Of a stretch of 64,000 bases of DNA, positions 57,552 to 64,000 are shown piece after piece. The translations under genes and the position numbers were made by a program. The notes beneath the pieces are model-generated. The model ran no database searches, had not been told where the DNA came from, and saw only the letters and a list, made by a program, of their open reading frames with translations. Source of the stretch: an uncultured Dehalococcoidales bacterium (GTDB lineage Bacteria > Chloroflexota > Dehalococcoidia > Dehalococcoidales > CAYYQY01). The stretch covers positions 2,963-66,962 of the forward strand of contig CAYYQY010000001.1 in the NCBI GenBank assembly GCA_964473905.1. The letters are read 5' to 3'. Numbering within the stretch: position 1 is the stretch's first letter; every line of letters begins with the position of its first letter.

Positions 57552-58118
57552 TTACTGAATACAAAACTTATCTGATTTAATGGCAACCGGTATGCCCGCT
57601 ACCATGAGATAGACCTCGTTTACATTTCCGGCGAGTATCTGGTTAGCCTTACCCAGTAAATCACGGTACAAGCGTCCTACCTTGTTAACGGGAACCAGAC
57701 CCGTACCTACCTCATTTGAAATAATAATAAAGCCGGCAGCCACACGCTCCATACAGTTTATGATCTCGCCTATTTCGGCGGTAACCGCCTGCTCAATTGA
57801 AGATGAATCCATTTGCTCTTCGGTTTGGCAGTCAAAAGCGCCCAGTATGTTACTTACGAGGAGGGTAACACAGTCTATAATCACCACTTTGGCCCCGCCA
57901 ATTTTTTGCTCTATCTGACGGCCTATACCTGTGGTTGCCTCCAGGGTAACCCAGTGTGCCGGCCGCGACTTCCGGTGCGCCATAATGCGCTTCCGCATCT
58001 CATCATCCCGGGCTTCGGCGGTAGCTACAAAGAGCACCGGTTCACCCCTATCCCTGGCCAGCTTGAGTGCAAAATCACTCTTACCGCTACGCACCCCACC
58101 GGTAATAAGGATATTCAT
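57552..58118 (-). CDS. cobU: adenosylcobinamide kinase / adenosylcobinamide-phosphate guanylyltransferase
   Basis: ILITGGVRSGKS P-loop, the His region AHRKSRP and operon context. Confidence 0.85.
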   Translation of the reverse strand: MNILITGGVRSGKSDFALKLARDRGEPVLFVATAEARDDEMRKRIMAHRKSRPAHWVTLEATTGIGRQIEQKIGGAKVVIIDCVTLLVSNILGAFDCQTEEQMDSSSIEQAVTAEIGEIINCMERVAAGFIIISNEVGTGLVPVNKVGRLYRDLLGKANQILAGNVNEVYLMVAGIPVAIKSDKFCIQ

Positions 58119-58172
58119 TCCCCCACAGCTCCTCTCCCTGGCCGCTAGCGGCCAATACCATATTCACCGCGT

Positions 58173-58805
58173 CTACATCAAATGAGAAACGTCGTTTAAC
58201 AAGCTCAGAATGGCCCCCTCCGGATAGGTAGCCATGATACTGAGTGAACCCAGATCTAGGCGGAACTGCCAGCGCTGCCCGGCAGCGATACCCAGCAAGT
58301 GGCAGATTAGTGACCTCAGCGTACCGCTGTGAGCAACAATAAGTAAAGTCTCCTCCGATGCATGGTTTTCCAGCCTGTCCGTAAACTTTATCACGCGGTT
58401 ATTAAAGCTCTCCAGACTGTCACCGCCGGGGCATTTCAGCAACGGGCTTCTCTGCTGCCACATACGGGCAACCTCGGGGTACCGGCGGCTAATCTCACTG
58501 TACGTGAGCCCCTCCATCTCGCCGAAGTCCATCTCGCGCAGCTCCGGACATAAAATGACATCGGCCCGCTGCCTGGCGGCTACAATCTTCGCCGTGTCTG
58601 ACGCCCGGCACAGGTCACTCGCGTAAATAGTGCTTATCTCCTCCGGGGCCAACCGGTCACGCAACCGCTCAGCCTGAGTGATGCCGGACGCACTCAGGGT
58701 AACGTCGGTACTGCCCCAGTACCTCTCGGCACTATTCATCGCCGTATCGCCGTGCCTTACCAAGAGCAGCCTGGACAATTTACACCCCCGTTTAACATAA
58801 TACAA
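58173..58805 (-). CDS. cobC: alpha-ribazole phosphatase (histidine phosphatase family)
   Basis: LLLVRHGDT RHG motif and downstream AHSG. The true start may be the internal TTG just before SRLLLVRHG. Confidence 0.75.
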   Translation of the reverse strand: MYYVKRGCKLSRLLLVRHGDTAMNSAERYWGSTDVTLSASGITQAERLRDRLAPEEISTIYASDLCRASDTAKIVAARQRADVILCPELREMDFGEMEGLTYSEISRRYPEVARMWQQRSPLLKCPGGDSLESFNNRVIKFTDRLENHASEETLLIVAHSGTLRSLICHLLGIAAGQRWQFRLDLGSLSIMATYPEGAILSLLNDVSHLM

Positions 58806-58840
58806 AGCATTAGTTATTTACTTCTTTTTAAACACGACTT

Positions 58841-59587
58841 TCAGGCTAATCCCAGCCGGGCGAAAAGGAAAATAAGTATCAGTACACTGATTTCGGCTAC
58901 CTCGTTAATTGCCCCATAAGTATCACCGGTAAGCCCGGCCAGCTTGCCCTGAAGAAATAACGCTACCAGAGTGACTATTATACAAACCCCCGCCATTACA
59001 GCGAGACCTGCCAGGGAAGATAAGATATAGACTACCGCCACCGCTATTACAGTCGCCTGAACAAAGCCGACCCAACCGGCACCCTGCTTGAATATGAACC
59101 CCAGGCCTGATGGCTTGGCGTAGGGATAGGCAGAAATGGCATAGACCATACTCCAGCGCCCCAAAACCGGCATAATAATAAGCGCCGCCACTATCAGGTT
59201 CTCCGGCAGGCTGTTCAGCGAGACATACTTAATTAAAAGCTCAAGACAGATGCCAACGATGCCAAAAGCACCGGCCCGGCTATCTGCCATTACCTGCCAG
59301 CGCGCACTTACGTCCTTGTGACCGCCTATCCCGTCACAAGTATCGGCCAGTCCGTCCAGATGCAGCGCGCCGCTAACTAAGACCAGAAAACCAACAAGCA
59401 GCACATTTACTACCGCTGCCGGTAAAAACAGGCTGAAAAGATAGTAAAGACCCACTAGAACAAGGCCGATGATAAGCCCGACGACGGGAAAATAACCGGT
59501 AGAACGGGCTAAATCCTCCGCCTTAACCTCACGCCGCGAGGGCGAGGGTATAACCGTTAAAAACCCCAGAGCAGCCAGAAATCTCAA
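58841..59587 (-). CDS. cobS: adenosylcobinamide-GDP ribazoletransferase (cobalamin synthase)
   Basis: FLT.IP start, the DGLADT.DG motif and a polytopic profile. Its TTG start overlaps the cobT TGA. Confidence 0.88.
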   Translation of the reverse strand: MRFLAALGFLTVIPSPSRREVKAEDLARSTGYFPVVGLIIGLVLVGLYYLFSLFLPAAVVNVLLVGFLVLVSGALHLDGLADTCDGIGGHKDVSARWQVMADSRAGAFGIVGICLELLIKYVSLNSLPENLIVAALIIMPVLGRWSMVYAISAYPYAKPSGLGFIFKQGAGWVGFVQATVIAVAVVYILSSLAGLAVMAGVCIIVTLVALFLQGKLAGLTGDTYGAINEVAEISVLILIFLFARLGLA

Positions 59588-60660
59588 CTTACCGTCTTGT
59601 CCTTCTCCGATACCCCGGCTTCAGTAAAGGTACTCATCTCGGATAAAATCCGGGCTGACGTCTCGGCAAGAATAATACCCAGGGCAGCGCCGGTCCCCTC
59701 ACCCAGCCGCATACCCAAGTCCAGCAGCGGCTCAAGCCCCAGATAGTCAAGAGTGAAACGGTGACCCGGCTCTACCGAAACGTGACCCGCAATCAGAAAA
59801 TCTTTTAGCTTTGGGGCAAGCGACGTGGCAATTAGAGCCGCCGCCCCCGAAATAAAGCCGTCAACAACCACCGGCACCCGGTAAGCACCGGCCGCCAGCA
59901 TTACTCCCGCGAGCCCCCCGATTTCAAACCCGCCGACCTTAGCCAACACCTCCAGAGGTTCGCCGGGGTCGGGCCGGTTAACGGCGAGGGCCTTATTAAT
60001 TACTTCCTTTTTATGCTCAAGCTGCTTATCGCCAATACCGGTACCCCTGCCGGTAACCCCATCCACAGCACTATTACCTATAACAGCACAGATAGCACTG
60101 GCAGCCGTAGTATTGCCGATACCCATTTCGCCGGTAGCCACGATATCCAGCCCCCTGGCCACCTCGGTAGCCACAATGTCAATACCGGTCTCCACCGATG
60201 CTGCTGCCTGCTCCAGCGTCATAGCCGGGCCGAGGGACATATCCTGAGTCCCCGGAGCCACCTGCCGCGATATTATATGAGCATCAGCTTCCAGCCCGCA
60301 GGCTACACCCATATCCACTACAATAACACGGGCCCCCACCTGGCGGGCGATGACATTGATGCCCGCCCCACCATGAAGAAAGTTCTGCACCATCTGAGCA
60401 GTTACCTCCTGAGGGTACAGGGTCACTCCCTGATTAACCACCCCGTGGTCACCGGCCATAGTGATAATAGCCTTGTGCTTTATTTGCGGAAGATATCTAC
60501 CCTGAATGCCGGCGAGCCGGATAGACAGCTCCTCAAGCCGCCCCAGACTGCCCTGCGGCTTGGTTAACCGGTCCTGCCTAGCCCGTGCCGCAGCCATTGC
60601 CGCTTCATCCAGGGAACCAATCATACCAGCTATACCGGCTATACGCTCTGACATTTTCAT
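59584..60660 (-). CDS. cobT: nicotinate-nucleotide--dimethylbenzimidazole phosphoribosyltransferase
   Basis: LTKP.GSLGRLE, GEMGIGNTT and the EGTGA motif. Confidence 0.92.
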   Translation of the reverse strand: MKMSERIAGIAGMIGSLDEAAMAAARARQDRLTKPQGSLGRLEELSIRLAGIQGRYLPQIKHKAIITMAGDHGVVNQGVTLYPQEVTAQMVQNFLHGGAGINVIARQVGARVIVVDMGVACGLEADAHIISRQVAPGTQDMSLGPAMTLEQAAASVETGIDIVATEVARGLDIVATGEMGIGNTTAASAICAVIGNSAVDGVTGRGTGIGDKQLEHKKEVINKALAVNRPDPGEPLEVLAKVGGFEIGGLAGVMLAAGAYRVPVVVDGFISGAAALIATSLAPKLKDFLIAGHVSVEPGHRFTLDYLGLEPLLDLGMRLGEGTGAALGIILAETSARILSEMSTFTEAGVSEKDKTVS

Positions 60661-60689
60661 TATTTAGTATTCCTTATCACGGTGAGACT

Positions 60690-61799
60690 CTAGCCCTGAA
60701 TCTCTCCCTCCTGCTTTAACGCTTTGATAGCAGCCATAAGCTGCTCGCACTCGGGCAGGGTACGCGGCGCCAGGCGCACGTAACCGGGCAGACCAAACGA
60801 AGTGCAGTCCCGTACCAGTATGCCACGTCTCAAGAGTGCCCGGCGAAACGCTCCACTGTCGGCCACCTTGACCAAAAAGAAGTTGGTACTGGAAGGCAGC
60901 AGGTAAAAACCAAGCGCGGTAAGTCCGTCCGTGAGAAACCGCTTGGCCCCGTTAATATCCTTTTTACAGCGCTCCAGGTAATCTGTATCTCTTAAAGCCG
61001 CCACGCCCGCCTTCTGGGCTACCGTGCTCACGTTCCAGGGCGGGCGAACCTTACGCAAAACCTGGATAATATCGCTAGCGGCTACCGCATAGCCGAGACG
61101 CAGACCGGCGAGGGCATAGTCCTTGGTCATGGAGCGTAAAATAACGACATTGCCCCGTTCCACCAAGTCAAAAACAGACCAGCCCTCCTCCACGAAGTTG
61201 ATGTATGCCTCGTCCAGTATTAACAGGCTGTCAGCGCAGGCATCAAGAACTATTTCCACCTGCTGTCTGGTCAGGTAATTGCCGGTCGGATTATTGGGAT
61301 TACACATGAAAACCGCTATCGGGCGGTAACGCTTAATAGAATCAACGACTTCCTCTACTCCCGGAGTGAACTGCTCCTCTTCTCTACCCCACAGGCTTTT
61401 AATACCGGCACCGGCAATCTGGCAGGCGACGCGGTACTCGCCAAAAGTAGGCTCAAGTATCAGGATATTATCCCCTGGTTTAATGTAAGTCAGGGTAACC
61501 AGGCGAATAATTTCAATAACACCGGCCCCGACCAGGATGTTATCCGGAGGCACCGCCAGCGCTCCGGCCAAGCACTGCCTTAGTTCTGTCGCCTCCGAAT
61601 CGGGATAGTAGTTAATGGGAACGGTAGCCAGGATTTCCCTGACACCGCGCGGTGGCGGATAAGGGTTAGAGCAGACACTGAAATCCAGCACCGTCTCCGG
61701 CGTCAGACCCAGAGCCATGAGCTCCGCCTGTACCGGGCCGCCGTGACTCGCGGCCTGGACTTTTTCTATTTCCGGTCTAGGTCGTAATGACAAAACCAA
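60690..61799 (-). CDS. cobD: threonine-phosphate decarboxylase (class I/II aminotransferase fold)
   Basis: PLP fold (NPNNPTG, DEAY, SMTKDYALAGLRLGY) located between cbiB and cobT. Confidence 0.75.
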   Translation of the reverse strand: MVLSLRPRPEIEKVQAASHGGPVQAELMALGLTPETVLDFSVCSNPYPPPRGVREILATVPINYYPDSEATELRQCLAGALAVPPDNILVGAGVIEIIRLVTLTYIKPGDNILILEPTFGEYRVACQIAGAGIKSLWGREEEQFTPGVEEVVDSIKRYRPIAVFMCNPNNPTGNYLTRQQVEIVLDACADSLLILDEAYINFVEEGWSVFDLVERGNVVILRSMTKDYALAGLRLGYAVAASDIIQVLRKVRPPWNVSTVAQKAGVAALRDTDYLERCKKDINGAKRFLTDGLTALGFYLLPSSTNFFLVKVADSGAFRRALLRRGILVRDCTSFGLPGYVRLAPRTLPECEQLMAAIKALKQEGEIQG

Positions 61800-62736
61800 C
61801 TACTCCCGCTATGAAGCATATAATCACCCAGACTAAAGCTGCCACCTGCACCAGGCGCAATGAGGCATCAATAATCCCCGGGGTGAGAGGTTTACCGGCT
61901 CTCCCCAGTTTATATTGTCCTGGTTTTTCCAGCTGCACATCCAGGGCACCGGCCACCGCTGCCATAGTCCAACCGGCATTGGGACTTTCGGTTTTAGCAT
62001 GCTCCCGGTGAGCCACCTGCCACGCAGCCCGCACTCCTGTCTTACATAATAAACTGGCTACCATTATAAGCAGTGCGGTAATCCTCGCTGGTATAAAGTT
62101 AAGCACATCGTCCAGCCTGCTGGCAAACTTGCCCGAATATTCATGCTGCCCGTGATAGCCTATCATGGCGTCCAGTGTATTCACCACCCGGTAGGCCATG
62201 GCTCCCGGAATGCCGAAGAGCAAATAATAAAACAGGGGCGCTACAAAGCTATCGCAGGTATTTTCGGCCACCGACTCCACAGTAGCCGATATAAGAAGCG
62301 GCTCTGCCAAATCCCCGGTATCACGGCTTACCAGCGAGCGTAGCTCGCTGCGTGCCTGTTCCATGTTCTTACCGGCCAGCATCTGTTTTACCCTGATAGC
62401 CGCCCGCCGTAGCTCCCGGAAAGAAAAGGTCGTTTTTAGCAGCACCGCACCCACCAGTACATAGGCAGGAAAGCTCAGGACTTTTAAGTATAATAGGCCA
62501 AAAAAGGTGGCTGCCGTAAATAGCCCGATAAGAAGCAGGCTGACAAACGCACCATAGACAAACTGGGTTATCCGCGAGCGCCCGTTGCCCATCCTGTCCA
62601 GTAGTGACACTAACCTGCCCATCCAGACAACAGGGTGAATAGCGCCGGGCAGCTCGCCCAGCGTAAAATCAATAACCAGAGCCACCGCCAGTATCAGTAA
62701 AATATCCAGAGTCCCGTAGCTGCCATAAAAAATCAT
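61777..62736 (-). CDS. cbiB: adenosylcobinamide-phosphate synthase
   Basis: D...GE.P...HPVVWMG start, a polytopic profile and a conserved NAGW..AA.AGAL block. Confidence 0.9.
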   Translation of the reverse strand: MIFYGSYGTLDILLILAVALVIDFTLGELPGAIHPVVWMGRLVSLLDRMGNGRSRITQFVYGAFVSLLLIGLFTAATFFGLLYLKVLSFPAYVLVGAVLLKTTFSFRELRRAAIRVKQMLAGKNMEQARSELRSLVSRDTGDLAEPLLISATVESVAENTCDSFVAPLFYYLLFGIPGAMAYRVVNTLDAMIGYHGQHEYSGKFASRLDDVLNFIPARITALLIMVASLLCKTGVRAAWQVAHREHAKTESPNAGWTMAAVAGALDVQLEKPGQYKLGRAGKPLTPGIIDASLRLVQVAALVWVIICFIAGVVGFVITT

Positions 62737-62782
62737 AATATTTTAGTCTGCCGACGCCTGAACAGGTTGATGCCAGCTATCC

Positions 62783-62810
62783 ATAATATTTAATCGAGGA
62801 GAAAGTGCAA
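62783..62810 (-). promoter_or_regulatory. candidate cbiB-operon promoter TTGCAC N16 TATTAT (minus strand)
   Basis: Hexamers read directly on the reverse complement. The -10 ends ~46 nt upstream of the cbiB ATG. Confidence 0.4.
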
Positions 62811-62906
62811 GACGTGCCATGCACCCGCCACCTTCCGGGAAGCAATATAACACCTCACAGCACCAGAAACATCTGAGGTAGAGATTTGTAACCCGGCCCA
62901 CCCGCT

Positions 62907-64000
62907 CTACTGCCGGTAGCCGGAGTAGCGGACCATGGCTGCCAGGACTTTCAGTGCCCGGTTAAGGATGGTAAACGAGGGGATACCATTGCTGACCAGC
63001 AACTTCATCCCCTCGGCTGAGAACGACGGTAAACCGGGGACAACGATAACAGGCTTCCTGGTCTCGTCCCGCAGACTGGTAAGCTTGCCAGCGAAATCCT
63101 CATTTAAACTGGAATAGGTAAGCGCGACGATGGCATCCACCTCTTTAATCATAATCCGGGCACAACTCAGGTTCAACCTGGCTGCCGGCTCAAAATCCAG
63201 CCAGCCAAAATCCACCGGGTTCTTACGGGTAAGCGAGGAAATAGCCTCGCCCTCCAGTGCCGCAGCTATTTCCTGCTGGGTCCCGTCAGAAAGTAATGGC
63301 AGCGAGAGGCCAAGCTCTCCTGCCAGGTCGGTACCATAGACTGCCCCGCTACCAGCCTCAACCTGCAACCCCAGCCTGTTGCCAGCCGGCAGATACGGGC
63401 TACAAAAGCCTATAACCATGTCCAGAAGCTCCTCCAGGTTGTCGGCGCTAATCACCCCGCTCTGCCTGAGTGCCGCATCAAATACATCCCGGTTACCGGC
63501 GAGTGAAGCGGTATGGGTGGCAGCATATCTGTTGCCCGCCTCCGTTCTCCCTCCCTTCCAGATTATTATGGGCTTGCGGAGAGAAATCTCCTTCGCCAGC
63601 TCGTAGAACTCCCGTGCCCGTTTCAGCCCCTCAACATAACAGGCGATAATCCCGGTATTCGGGTCACGGGCAAAGTACTCCATAAAATCTTCAATAAGCA
63701 GGTCACTCTGGTTCCCGATGCTGACCACGTTACTGAAACGAATCCCGAGCTCGTCCCCTCTGCAGATAAAGTTCTCGGTAAGATTGCCGCTCTGCCCGAT
63801 GAAGGCCACCTGCCCCGGCTCATTTGACAAACCGGCCTCTCCAAAAATGGTATTGAGGCGGGACCGGGGATTATATAAACCCATGCAGTTCGGCCCGACA
63901 ATGCGGGTACCGCCTTGCCGGGCACTTTGCAGCATCTCGTCCTCCAGGGCTCGCCCCTCAGCCCCCAGTTCGGCAAAACCGGCGCTGTGAATTACGGCAA
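62907..64000 (-). CDS. ADP-forming acetyl-CoA synthetase-like / CoA-binding (succinyl-CoA-synthetase-fold) protein, 5'-partial at window edge
   Basis: The reading frame continues past 63935 to the window end (…AELGAEGRALEDEMLQ). Motifs are RIVGPNCMG, FIGQSGN and the phosphohistidine-loop-like ATHTASLAG. Confidence 0.75.
   Translation of the reverse strand, partial: AVIHSAGFAELGAEGRALEDEMLQSARQGGTRIVGPNCMGLYNPRSRLNTIFGEAGLSNEPGQVAFIGQSGNLTENFICRGDELGIRFSNVVSIGNQSDLLIEDFMEYFARDPNTGIIACYVEGLKRAREFYELAKEISLRKPIIIWKGGRTEAGNRYAATHTASLAGNRDVFDAALRQSGVISADNLEELLDMVIGFCSPYLPAGNRLGLQVEAGSGAVYGTDLAGELGLSLPLLSDGTQQEIAAALEGEAISSLTRKNPVDFGWLDFEPAARLNLSCARIMIKEVDAIVALTYSSLNEDFAGKLTSLRDETRKPVIVVPGLPSFSAEGMKLLVSNGIPSFTILNRALKVLAAMVRYSGYRQ

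Noticed and set aside
62737-62906. Cobalamin riboswitch upstream of cbiB.
   Set aside because: Reading the minus strand, I could not find the conserved core (GGGAA...GGTG...GCCACTG, or the B12 box AGYCMGgAgaCCkGCc). A good promoter lies only ~46 nt from the ATG, leaving too little leader. This needs a cmsearch to be definitive.
1-64000. CRISPR arrays, tRNA, rRNA, tmRNA, RNase P and SRP RNA genes.
   Set aside because: No regularly spaced direct repeats were seen. No T-loop-type GGTTCGAATCC-like sequence occurs in a non-coding context. No conserved rRNA, RNase P or SRP signature strings were seen in any intergenic gap. The scan was visual only.

Overview
This 64-kb window looks like a bacterial chromosome. 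The genes are densely packed, about 70 are protein-coding, and many have GTG or TTG starts and 1-11 nt overlaps. By eye I found no rRNA, tRNA, CRISPR array or intact mobile element. Gene content resembles Chloroflexota/Dehalococcoidia: a corrinoid salvage operon, a homocitrate-synthase-like enzyme, recA-recX-rny-ymdB, and many extended -10 promoters. That lineage call is inference only.

Most of the window is housekeeping:
- DNA repair, division and RNA turnover: recA, recX, rny, ymdB-like, plsY, rnj, ftsK, uvrB, ruvA, ruvC, yebC
- Other core functions: rpsU, nadE, argC, msrB
- Corrinoid salvage operon: cbiB-cobD-cobT-cobS-cobC-cobU, plus cobO-meaB elsewhere

The non-routine parts are:
1. A co-directional redox operon at 753-8830. 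It encodes two FAD-linked oxidase paralogs, a GlcF/HdrD-like Fe-S CCG protein, a CrtI-like flavoprotein and a VOC protein. It ends in a Cys-rich protein made of two tandem ~190-aa repeats.
2. A rearrangement scar at 8831-10330. It holds a 189-nt pseudogene copy of part of that protein (66 nt identical, then diverged, with an in-frame TGA), a recombinase-type HTH remnant, two small ORFs and the broken 3' end of a GT2 gene.
3. An operon at 11303-14453 on the minus strand. A 241-aa KaiC-like ATPase is translationally coupled to a receiver-KaiC-like fusion, followed by a TreT-like trehalose synthase. This is my best candidate for an undescribed signalling system.
4. An orphan three-gene pseudopilin operon.
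5. A cluster of nitrilase, cytoplasmic molybdopterin enzyme, stand-alone 5TM-LytS domain, TIGR04076-like protein and acyl-CoA ligase.
6. A thiolase gene broken by a 1-nt frameshift just upstream of its catalytic Cys.

All family assignments come from motif recognition by eye and need HMM or BLAST confirmation.
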